A stretch of 64,000 bases of DNA from Octopus vulgaris (Eukaryota): contig OX597819.1 of assembly GCA_951406725.2 (NCBI GenBank), positions 83,824,001-83,888,000 of the forward strand. Direction: 5' to 3'. The position numbers were made by a program, and so were the translations under genes. Under the pieces are notes generated by a model. The model saw only the letters and a list, made by a program, of their open reading frames with translations. It was not told where the DNA came from and did not search any database. Positions 38,318-49,850 of the stretch are shown in pieces (within the stretch, counting starts at the first letter, position 1; every line of letters starts with the position of its first letter).

Positions 38318-41300
38318 AACAGATTTTCGAAATCAGCAAATTTATTTTGCTTGAAAATCTATATAAGAAAATCCTGCAGAGAGAGAGTTCGTCGAGGAAG
38401 CGGAGGCCTACCACACGCCGATGATAGGCAATACACCTTGAAACCATGGTCCGTGTGTGGTTTCCGCTTCATCGGGGAATTACCTCCCTTTGCAGGTTTA
38501 GGGCACCGTGACGGTGTCGAGCCTTTCTGGTGACGTCGATGTTCGCCTGGGGCTAAATGCAACAGTAACACCCCCACCACCCTGCCCTGTCCCTAGCCAT
38601 ATTCAGATGGCTTTAGTCCCTTATGTTGTCGAGCAGTTACTGTCTATATTCCTTTTAGAGAATTATTATTGCTTTCGAACAGATTTTCGAAATCAGCAAA
38701 TTTATTTTGCTTGAAAATCTATATAAGAAAATCCTGCAGAGAGAGAGTTCGTCGAGGAAGCGGAGGCCTACCACACGCCGATGATAGGCAATACACCTTG
38801 AAACCATGGTCCGTGTGTGGTTTCCGCTTCATCGGGGAATTACCTCCCTTTGCAGGTTTAGGGCACCGTGACGGTGTCGAGCCTTTCTGGTGACGTCGAT
38901 GTTCGCCTGGGGCTAAATGCAACAGTAACACCCCCACCACCCTGCCCTGTCCCTAGCCATATTCAGATGGCTTTAGTCCCTTATGTTGTCGAGCAGTTAC
39001 TGTCTATATTCCTTTTAGAGAATTATTATTGCTTTCGAACAGATTTTCGAAATCAGCAAATTTATTTTGCTTGAAAATCTATATAAGAAAATCCTGCAGA
39101 GAGAGAGTTCGTCGAGGAAGCGGAGGCCTACCACACGCCGATGATAGGCAATACACCTTGAAACCATGGTCCGTGTGTGGTTTCCGCTTCATCGGGGAAT
39201 TACCTCCCTTTGCAGGTTTAGGGCACCGTGACGGTGTCGAGCCTTTCTGGTGACGTCGATGTTCGCCTGGGGCTAAATGCAACAGTAACACCCCCACCAC
39301 CCTGCCCTGTCCCTAGCCATATTCAGATGGCTTTAGTCCCTTATGTTGTCGAGCAGTTACTGTCTATATTCCTTTTAGAGAATTATTATTGCTTTCGAAC
39401 AGATTTTCGAAATCAGCAAATTTATTTTGCTTGAAAATCTATATAAGAAAATCCTGCAGAGAGAGAGTTCGTCGAGGAAGCGGAGGCCTACCACACGCCG
39501 ATGATAGGCAATACACCTTGAAACCATGGTCCGTGTGTGGTTTCCGCTTCATCGGGGAATTACCTCCTTTGCAGGTTTAGGGCACCGTGACGGTGTCGAG
39601 CCTTTCTGGTGACGTCGATGTTCGCCTGGGGCTAAATGCAACAGTAACACCCCCACCACCCTGCCCTGTCCCTAGCCATATTCAGATGGCTTTAGTCCCT
39701 TATGTTGTCGAGCAGTTACTGTCTATATTCCTTTTAGAGAATTATTATTGCTTTCGAACAGATTTTCGAAATCAGCAAATTTATTTTGCTTGAAAATCTA
39801 TATAAGAAAATCCTGCAGAGAGAGAGTTCGTCGAGGAAGCGGAGGCCTACCACACGCCGATGATAGGCAATACACCTTGAAACCATGGTCCGTGTGTGGT
39901 TTCCGCTTCATCGGGGAATTACCTCCCTTTGCAGGTTTAGGGCACCGTGACGGTGTCGAGCCTTTCTGGTGACGTCGATGTTCGCCTGGGGCTAAATGCA
40001 ACAGTAACACCCCCACCACCCTGCCCTGTCCCTAGCCATATTCAGATGGCTTTAGTCCCTTATGTTGTCGAGCAGTTACTGTCTATATTCCTTTTAGAGA
40101 ATTATTATTGCTTTCGAACAGATTTTCGAAATCAGCAAATTTATTTTGCTTGAAAATCTATATAAGAAAATCCTGCAGAGAGAGAGTTCGTCGAGGAAGC
40201 GGAGGCCTACCACACGCCGATGATAGGCAATACACCTTGAAACCATGGTCCGTGTGTGGTTTCCGCTTCATCGGGGAATTACCTCCCTTTGCAGGTTTAG
40301 GGCACCGTGACGGTGTCGAGCCTTTCTGGTGACGTCGATGTTCGCCTGGGGCTAAATGCAACAGTAACACCCCCACCACCCTGCCCTGTCCCTAGCCATA
40401 TTCAGATGGCTTTAGTCCCTTATGTTGTCGAGCAGTTACTGTCTATATTCCTTTTAGAGAATTATTATTGCTTTCGAACAGATTTTCGAAATCAGCAAAT
40501 TTATTTTGCTTGAAAATCTATATAAGAAAATCCTGCAGAGAGAGAGTTCGTCGAGGAAGCGGAGGCCTACCACACGCCGATGATAGGCAATACACCTTGA
40601 AACCATGGTCCGTGTGTGGTTTCCGCTTCATCGGGGAATTACCTCCCTTTGCAGGTTTAGGGCACCGTGACGGTGTCGAGCCTTTCTGGTGACGTCGATG
40701 TTCGCCTGGGGCTAAATGCAACAGTAACACCCCCACCACCCTGCCCTGTCCCTAGCCATATTCAGATGGCTTTAGTCCCTTATGTTGTCGAGCAGTTACT
40801 GTCTATATTCCTTTTAGAGAATTATTATTGCTTTCGAACAGATTTTCGAAATCAGCAAATTTATTTTGCTTGAAAATCTATATAAGAAAATCCTGCAGAG
40901 AGAGAGTTCGTCGAGGAAGCGGAGGCCTACCACACGCCGATGATAGGCAATACACCTTGAAACCATGGTCCGTGTGTGGTTTCCGCTTCATCGGGGAATT
41001 ACCTCCCTTTGCAGGTTTAGGGCACCGTGACGGTGTCGAGCCTTTCTGGTGACGTCGATGTTCGCCTGGGGCTAAATGCAACAGTAACACCCCCACCACC
41101 CTGCCCTGTCCCTAGCCATATTCAGATGGCTTTAGTCCCTTATGTTGTCGAGCAGTTACTGTCTATATTCCTTTTAGAGAATTATTATTGCTTTCGAACA
41201 GATTTTCGAAATCAGCAAATTTATTTTGCTTGAAAATCTATATAAGAAAATCCTGCAGAGAGAGAGTTCGTCGAGGAAGCGGAGGCCTACCACACGCCGA

Positions 41301-42588
41301 TGATAGGCAATACACCTTGAAACCATGGTCCGTGTGTGGTTTCCGCTTCATCGGGGAATTACCTCCCTTTGCAGGTTTAGGGCACCGTGACGGTGTCGAG
41401 CCTTTCTGGTGACGTCGATGTTCGCCTGGGGCTAAATGCAACAGTAACACCCCCACCACCCTGCCCTGTCCCTAGCCATATTCAGATGGCTTTAGTCCCT
41501 TATGTTGTCGAGCAGTTACTGTCTATATTCCTTTTAGAGAATTATTATTGCTTTCGAACAGATTTTCGAAATCAGCAAATTTATTTTGCTTGAAAATCTA
41601 TATAAGAAAATCCTGCAGAGAGAGAGTTCGTCGAGGAAGCGGAGGCCTACCACACGCCGATGATAGGCAATACACCTTGAAACCATGGTCCGTGTGTGGT
41701 TTCCGCTTCATCGGGGAATTACCTCCCTTTGCAGGTTTAGGGCACCGTGACGGTGTCGAGCCTTTCTGGTGACGTCGATGTTCGCCTGGGGCTAAATGCA
41801 ACAGTAACACCCCCACCACCCTGCCCTGTCCCTAGCCATATTCAGATGGCTTTAGTCCCTTATGTTGTCGAGCAGTTACTGTCTATATTCCTTTTAGAGA
41901 ATTATTATTGCTTTCGAACAGATTTTCGAAATCAGCAAATTTATTTTGCTTGAAAATCTATATAAGAAAATCCTGCAGAGAGAGAGTTCGTCGAGGAAGC
42001 GGAGGCCTACCACACGCCGATGATAGGCAATACACCTTGAAACCATGGTCCGTGTGTGGTTTCCGCTTCATCGGGGAATTACCTCCCTTTGCAGGTTTAG
42101 GGCACCGTGACGGTGTCGAGCCTTTCTGGTGACGTCGATGTTCGCCTGGGGCTAAATGCAACAGTAACACCCCCACCACCCTGCCCTGTCCCTAGCCATA
42201 TTCAGATGGCTTTAGTCCCTTATGTTGTCGAGCAGTTACTGTCTATATTCCTTTTAGAGAATTATTATTGCTTTCGAACAGATTTTCGAAATCAGCAAAT
42301 TTATTTTGCTTGAAAATCTATATAAGAAAATCCTGCAGAGAGAGAGTTCGTCGAGGAAGCGGAGGCCTACCACACGCCGATGATAGGCAATACACCTTGA
42401 AACCATGGTCCGTGTGTGGTTTCCGCTTCATCGGGGAATTACCTCCCTTTGCAGGTTTAGGGCACCGTGACGGTGTCGAGCCTTTCTGGTGACGTCGATG
42501 TTCGCCTGGGGCTAAATGCAACAGTAACACCCCCACCACCCTGCCCTGTCCCTAGCCATATTCAGATGGCTTTAGTCCCTTATGTTGT
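38318..42588 (+). repeat. Head-to-tail array of ~11.9 x 360-bp units (retrozyme-like multimer)
   Basis: Exact 360-bp period. The only difference I see is a 1-bp C deletion in unit 4 (~39567). The last unit is truncated by 48 bp. (TA)n on both sides. Confidence 0.98.
38397..38470 (+). ncRNA. Type I hammerhead ribozyme, first of 12 copies (others start at 38757, 39117, 39477, 39836, 40196, 40556, 40916, 41276, 41636, 41996, 42356)
   Basis: Stem I cacacg(38412-17)/cgtgtg(38452-57), extended by gaagcggaggcc/ggtttccgcttc. Core CCGATGA 38418-24. Stem II agg/cct with loop caataca. GAAA 38440-43. Stem III AC-catg-GT. Predicted cleavage after GUC at 38451. Confidence 0.85.
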
Positions 42589-42608
42589 TATATATATATA
42601 TATTTATA

Positions 42609-42752
42609 TACGACAGGATTCTTTCAGTTTCCGACTTCCAAATCCACTCACTCGAGGTTATAGTAGAAGTTGCTTGTCCAAGGCGCCACATAGAGAGACC
42701 AAACCCGGAACTATGTGATTGGGAAGCAAACTTCTTACCACACCGCCACGCC
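42609..42752 (-). mobile_element. 5' half of the SINE-A copy split by the array
   Basis: tacgacagg...tttcagtttccg...ccaaatccactcac...cttaccacaccgccacgcct. Confidence 0.75.
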
Positions 42753-43010
42753 TAGAAAAGACTTTTGTTGCAGGACAACAGAAGGGCAGCAAACTAAAAG
42801 AAGTACTATTTCGTTTGTCGACTTTATTGAAGGATTTTTCGTACAAGGCAATGCAATCTTGTGTAACTTCCCTAAAGAACTGTTGCTCCTAGAAAATAGT
42901 CAATATGCTGCTGTGATTTCCACACGGGCAATATATTGTTCGATACTCGTCGAGGCCGACTTTACCTTTCATCTTTTCGGTATCGATAAAATAAGTACCA
43001 ATTAAGTAAT

Positions 43011-43270
43011 AAAAATAAATGCGCCCTTTTAAAGCCTAGCCAGGCAGGCTCATGGGCCCGGTTTCCCGGTTTCTATGGCGTATGTGTTCCCCAGCTGGAC
43101 AGGACGCCAGTCCATCGCAGCGTTACTCATTTTTGCCAGCTAAGTGGACTGGAGCAACTTGAAATGAAGTGTTTTGCTCAAGAACACAACGCGTCGCCCG
43201 GTCCAGGAATCAAAACCACAATCTTATGATCATGATGCTGACACCCTAACCACTAAGCCACGCGCCTCCA
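43011..43270 (-). mobile_element. SINE family C nested in a SINE-B-like remnant
   Basis: Inverted copy of 15088-15325. Flanking repeat ccaattaagtaat (42998-43010) / ccaattaagcaat (43272-43284). Confidence 0.85.
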
Positions 43271-43908
43271 TCCAATTAAGCAATAGGGTTGATGTAATCG
43301 ACTTATCCACACCCTCGAAGTTGCTGAAACTAGTATATTGTGTTCGATGTAGCTTCAGTGTACAGTAAATGCGTTACTTGTACTTCTCTTTCTTTTTGTA
43401 ATTTCTTTCTCTTTTGTATAACAGCTCTATTACAGGAAGAAATATCAAAATTTTAGATTGAGTGGGATTATATCTAACATCAAAAAGGATTGTAAACAAT
43501 ATCAAGCCTTAATATCTAAAAGCGTGTTTGACTTTCTACATTGGTAGTTACTTTTTAACAAGCTCACTGGCTAATCGCCCCATCAGCGCCTGTTCTGGCA
43601 GTGTTTTTCTACATGTCGCTGGTGGAAAGACGAGTTACTGCTACCTCTAACGGTTGAGCGGCCATCAGTGACAAGACCAAGGAAGGTCGAAATCACGTGA
43701 CCTCGTGGTTTCGGCGCTGGGGGAGGTGGGTATTTATCTCCCCGCTAGCGATATAAACAATAGTAGTTTGCACCAAAAGCCGATATGAGGGTTTCTCTCA
43801 TGGCGTCTGCCACAGTATAGTTTGTTCTAACAGAACATCCGCTTTTAACTTCGTTTTTGTATCTGGTTTGCAAGATTCTTTATATGAATTCGTGGTGTGT
43901 TGAAACAA

Positions 43909-44071
43909 ATTTTGTTGTGTTTAGGAAGAGTCATTATGCCAATATAATTAACACACGCACTGGTTCACTAGTTGAATATTTAACTAATTGACTAATAATA
44001 AAGGAGTGGAACTGGACCAGTGCGTGTGTTAATTATATTGGTATAATAATTCTGCCTAAACACAACAAAAT
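43909..44071. repeat. 56-bp inverted repeat arms around a 51-bp spacer
   Basis: ccaatataattaacacacgcactggt / accagtgcgtgtgttaattatattgg is a perfect 26-bp core that extends imperfectly. Related sequence at ~46070-46260. Confidence 0.85.
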
Positions 44072-44803
44072 CCATGTTTAAGTAAGGATAAATATTGACG
44101 CTTATGTTCTTGTAGCACTCAATCAGACTTACTCGAAGCCCTACCTGCAAGTAAAACAAGTCAACAACTGTTAGTACCTGTATTTAGTGGGGAATGCGAT
44201 TGCACATAAAGACAACGGCAGTTCTTTACTTGTAAATCATCTAATCTTCCACATACGCGCCTCAGTACAATTACTTTGAGACGCATCGTTTTATACTGTC
44301 TGTTAATGTATATGGGAATCAGATGAAATGGATCTCTTTCTACGTTGTGCAGCTGAGATAAAGTTTTCAGCAATATCAGCAACCTTTGTCTACAAACACA
44401 AAAGAAGCGGTTTTGAATCCTTTTATATAAGCTGTTTATAGTGAGCTTCTAAAGTGACAAAGCAAGAAATATTTGCAGTGGATCAATTGACAGAACCATG
44501 GGGTGACTATTTCTGCTATATAAATTCCGATATCTCAACAAAATCGTTATGATGCTGGCTTACAAATTGACGCTAAAAAACAAAAATCACGCTAATCTAC
44601 ATATGTAAAACCGCATAGCAGGTGCACAAAAAATATAAGATTAAATCAGTGGTTCTCAACCGAGATCCATATGGCCCTTGGAAGGAGTCCATATAAGATT
44701 TTGTTGTTAAAAATTATATGCAATGAATTAGTTATACTTCTACGTTGACACAATAATTTTTTTAATACAATTCCTAATAATACTTAATTATAAAGATATA
44801 ATA

Positions 44804-45200
44804 GGCGCAGGAGTGGCTGTGTGGTAAGTAGCTTGCTTACCAACCACATGGTTATGGGTTCACTCCCACTGCGTGGCACCTCGGGCAAGTGTCTTCTACT
44901 ATAGCCTCGGGCCGACCAAAGCCTTGTGAGTGGATTTGGTAGGCAGAAACTGGAAGAAGCTCGTCGTATATATGTATATATATGTGTGTGTGTGTTTGCC
45001 CCCCCCCCTCTCAATATCGATTGACAACCGATGCTGGTGTGTTTACGTCCCCGTAACTTAGCGGTTCGGCAGAAGAGACCGATAGAATAAGTACTAGGCT
45101 TACAAAGAATAAGTCCTGGGGGTCGATTTGCTCGACTAAAGGCAGTGCTCCAGCATGGCCGCAGTCAAATGACTAAAAGAAGTAAAAAAGATAAAAGAAA
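44804..45200 (+). mobile_element. Full-length SINE family A
   Basis: Collinear with 6990-7397. More decayed copies at about 9240-9500(+), 13660-14010(+), 14530-14730(-), 21150-21580(-), 22600-22730(-), 24645-24905(+), 28178-28385(-), 37200-37540(+), 52825-53050(-), 56450-56690, 57350-57540(+), 57870-58090(-), 59205-59585(+). Confidence 0.9.
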
Positions 45201-45503
45201 AGCATTGCTAAACACCAAATGACTATGAAGGTCTATCTGAGTAACATGGGAATTAAAGGGATCCATGAATAATCAGCAAAGACATATTTCATTAAAGAAA
45301 TATAGCATGAGCAACAACTTTGTTATCGTTTACAGCAATTTTCTGCTTTAGATGACAAAGGACGTGTTATTAAAAAGTTCGACATGCAGAGGAGATTGAT
45401 TTCATGTACTTTGTCATTATACTCATGCCTAGATTGGAATTTAGAGTCTCCAGAGAACTCTTGCAAAGGCCATCACGAGGACACGGTGGACAAGCGAAAC
45501 AGC

Positions 45504-45539
<36 letters not shown>

Positions 45540-45654
45540 GTGAGTGTGTAAGAGTGGACACATACAATACATGCACGCGCACGCAAACATATTAGCATAT
45601 TAGCAACCATCATTTTACTAAATTAATGAGTGTGTGTGTACACTCACATATGGA

Positions 45655-46040
45655 TGGAAGCACTCTGTCGGTTACGACGACGAGGGTTCCGGTTGATCCG
45701 AATCAACGGAACAGCCTGCTCGTGAAATTAACGTGCAAGAGGCTGAGCACTCCACAGACACGTGCACCCTTAACGTAGTTCTCGGGGATATTCAGCGTGA
45801 CACAGAGAGTGACAAGGCCAGCCCTTTGAAATACAGGTACAACAGAAACAGGAAGTAAGAGTGAGAGAAAGTTGTGGTGAAAGAGTACAGCAGGGATCAC
45901 CACCATCCCTTGCCGGAGCCTCGTGGAGCTTTAGGTGTTTTTCGCTCAATAAACACTCACAACGCCCGGTCTGGGAATCGAAACCGCGATCCTATGACCG
46001 CGAGTCCGCTGCCCTAACCACTGGGCCATTGCGCTTCCAC
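45655..46040 (-). mobile_element. tRNA-derived SINE family D
   Basis: Minus-strand head gcgcaatggcccagtggttagggcagcggactcgcggtcataggatcgcggtttcgattccc has A and B boxes. Related decayed copy at ~49895-50190. Confidence 0.8.
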
Positions 46041-46257
46041 ACACATATACACATATAAGTGTGTGTGTGTATTTCGTTTTTATGTTTGGTTTGCAAGATT
46101 CTTTATGTGAATTCATGTATCGAAGCATGTTTTATTGTGCCTTGATTGCAAGAAGCAATGAGAATTTTAGAAAAAAATAATTAAATTAGTGGAAATCGAA
46201 CCGGTGAATGTGTTAATTAATAAGGCATTAACACAGAATGACTCTCCTCAGACACAA

Positions 46258-46313
<56 letters not shown>

Positions 46314-46605
46314 CTGACCATTCAAAATACTACTGTCATGGCACTCCCACATTCTTCTTCTTCTTCTTCCCTACCAAGAATTCACAACGACCTCGAACCC
46401 ACAAGAGTAAACAAGAGAGACGGAGACAGGCAGAAACAAGGAAAATGCCACTTGTATTTGAACTCTATGCAAATATTCTTTTAAATAAGCTTTTTTTAAA
46501 TTTTTTCTAAATTTAATTGTTTAATTGTTACAGTTGGAAAAGTCTCTATGACTGAAATGTTTTTTATAAAATTATTTTAGCATTTTCTATCTTGACCCTT
46601 TTTTT

Positions 46606-46672
<67 letters not shown>

Positions 46673-47479
46673 CAGACCTCCAACGAAATCTATTGTTCTT
46701 AACAATATACCTATCCTAGATTTGGACAGTTATAAAAACAAGAAATTCATAAACCAAAGTGAGTTAGCAAGTAATGTAACCAAAAGGACTGTAATTTATA
46801 GCAAGCAGAAGGATCGAAATAGCAACAATCGAGGCTATTGAGGAATATTTGAAAGAAAAAAGGTCGACCACGTTCATTACAAGAAGAAGACAGTATGGCA
46901 CAGTGGAGGTGCGTATCTGTCTCGTATACACTTCAATGATCCACTCTCCTGATAGCTAGCTTTTTCCTCGACCATGCATTTCTGTCTCTTCCTCGATCGT
47001 TCGTTAAATTTTCTCCGAACCTTTCTGGAGGGGAAGTGATGTAGTGGCTTCATGCATGCATAGCGTGGATTCGATCCTCGATCGCCAAATTTCACTTTTC
47101 TCACGGTAAAACAAAAGTTTTTCTGTGAGTGACAGCAGATGCCTTCGCTAAACCGGAATAAAGTCTTCGCCACTTGACCCATCGAACCTCTTCTAGATCA
47201 CCAAAAGCTAGAATAGAGATAACAGACCTCCAACGAAATCTATTGTTCCCAACAATATGCTTATCCTTCTGGCTGGGTTTGGATAGTTATAAAAACAAGA
47301 ACTCCGTAAGCCAAAGTCAGTTAGTGAGAACCGAGTCTGAAGGAAAAGGTACAAAGAGACAACTATGGTAACTCACCAACGAAGCAGTTGTTTCGACCCA
47401 CCACTCTCACTTTCACTTTCTTTTCTCTGTAACATTACCATATCTCTCTATATATACTACTATGAGAACCCCCCCCCCC

Positions 47480-47525
<46 letters not shown>

Positions 47526-48599
47526 AGCTTATAAATTTATCACATACCCGCCGAAATTAACTTCTTTTTTTTTTACCTGGCATGTTTTTCCATTTACTAA
47601 TTATATACAGCAACCCGTCATGGTTTTGGATATATACAAAGTAACGGTAAGTAAATATTTCTTTACAACTTCGATCACTGTTCTTCTTCCATCTTTCATA
47701 CTGGCAACCAACACCTAACAACAACCGTTACAATTGGTGACTCTCGACTGCAACGAAGAACTAACCGTTACATATATATACATATATATATATATATATA
47801 TGGTATGTCTAATTTCGCTAAATCCAAACACAAGGGATGTTGAAAAGTATTTCGAAAATACATAAGGTGGGGTGATAGTCAAAAAGACGTTTGAGAAGCA
47901 CTGGTAAATATGATTGCCTGGATACTGGACTGTCGTTGCTTTAACCACCTATTCGCTAACAAAAATGCTCACTGCCGATACGTAACCTGCCCTTAGAAGA
48001 TATAAAACTGAAAAATATCACTCTAGATAATAAGCCTAAACAAAGGGATCGAAGAAAATATAACCTACTCTGTGTACACAAAAATGCGCACAAATCTAAG
48101 CGTATACTCTAATTTGCGTTTTGGAAACATTCATGAACGTACTTGATCGAGTTTCATCGTTAGCGAGTATTTCCTCAATCGCATGTGTTTACATTTCTAA
48201 ACCTTCTTCAGCAAAGGTGCTTGTGTGCGTGTGTGTGTGTGTGTGTGTACTGATAGCAGCAAACCGAAAGTTTCTAAGACGATTTGGGCCAAATTATCAC
48301 ACTTCATTGATATAGTGCAACGGTGCATTTAATCATCTCCTAAGTAGTCAGCTACATTCTTTAGGATTACATATACTGCTTATCAATATTTTATAAGTGG
48401 AGAACTTAGAAAATTCTCATCATCATTACCTAATGAATTTTTCAGGTTTTCGTACAAAAGAGTTATTGGGTGGAACGATCACAAACTCTTCAGTGTGCCT
48501 TTCAATTGAAAACGTGTGATTAGGGTTTAATTTAAATGATTTACCTTCTCTGGCAAACCTTGTGCTACCGGTTCAATTTCATTATAATCAAAACTCGCC

Positions 48600-49309
48600 G
48601 TTATAAATTATTTTTTTCATTAGCAAATATAGACCAGATGACGATCGAGGTAATTTTCTGTTCTCTACTCATATTATATTGCTAAGCAGTGTATATTCCT
48701 AAACGACAAATGTCTGTTCGGCCCGAATCATCTGCATAAAAGCTAACTATAGTCGATACACAGACATCGTTTTTTTGTTTTTTTCCCCCTATACATTAAC
48801 TAACAACTATTCAAAATAACTTTTTAATGTGATAACTTGAAAGTCATGAAGTAAAACAGGGATTGGAGCAGTAAAGAAATTTTTGGAAAGCCCAAATAAG
48901 TCTACCAGACAGTTTTTATTAGTGATCTCTTCTACTAGAGAAAAACACTTATTTTCTTTCTACCAAAATGTAGAAACTCTCAACATCTAAAAGTACAAAA
49001 GTTCGTGCTATTTCTATTCCAGAGCTTCTACTACAGATCCATTGACCACAACTGGTAAGATAACTCAAATAATGTGTTTATTACTTTTATTGAACTTGCC
49101 TTGCAATACATAAATTCCAAACATTAAAAGCTATCAAAAGTACCAATATATTGCCTGTTTCGTTTTGGGCGTATAGTATCAATCAATGATCGATAGGCCT
49201 CCTTGTCAGTTAAATTAAATTGTGTGGCTTCTACATTTGGAAGTTGTTAGAAATTGCCAATTTTCTCGACTTCTGTTATAATCAACATCCCGATTCTACA
49301 TTTTGCTCA

Positions 49310-49345
<36 letters not shown>

Positions 49346-49850
49346 ATAGCTTATGAATTTATCATCCCGAACTAATATCTTAATTTCTATAAAACATCAG
49401 TGTCTTTTAATGAAAGTTCCTTTTAGGTATGTAAAACTAGTTACTCGGTTACTTTCTTCTTTTGCTCACAACTTATTTGGAATATAAGATAAACGCTATT
49501 GAGTCTATGTGGTGATAGGATCAAGTCTGAAGTAGAAATTACAGTTATTGATGTTGAAGTTGTAAATGTCGAAGACGCCAAACTAAGGGCTACTGCTCTC
49601 AGTGAGTTTCTAATTTACATGTGCTCGCAGTAGACGAACCCAACCCCCACTTCAGGAAGTGGGGGGAGAACAGGACCTGGAATTGATTTTGCAACAACTG
49701 AAGACAAAGCTTTCCGAAGTGTTATATACATGTGCATACCAGTAACTGCCTAGCGATAGTCTTTACTCAGAAACCTGTTTCCGAAGCGTTACACAGTGTT
49801 CAAACCCATAACTAATCTAGCAACAGCCTCCATGGAACTTTCCTACTGCT
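48600..49850 (+). pseudogene. Possible decayed hAT transposase
   Basis: Fragments MCIPVTA (~49730-49750) and NLATASME (~49815-49840) resemble the hAT C-terminal dimerisation domain. Many stops. Confidence 0.3.

Noticed and set aside
38458-38485. A second, minus-strand hammerhead (CCGAUGA-agcg-GAAAC)
   Set aside because: No stem II and no stem I can form. Better read as the antisense lock, although a vestigial origin cannot be excluded.
39566-39568. 1-bp deletion in unit 4 as a real variant
   Set aside because: It falls in a short homopolymer and may be a sequencing or polishing error.
38318-42588. CRISPR array, or a 5S/tRNA/snRNA gene cluster
   Set aside because: There are no variable spacers. 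I see no 5S, tRNA cloverleaf or recognisable snRNA sequence, and no convincing A/B boxes.
38351-42718. Repeated 68-74 aa ORFs in the array read as a tandem gene cluster
   Set aside because: They are short, overlap on both strands, often use non-ATG starts and have no recognisable domain. The RNA structure explains the sequence better.
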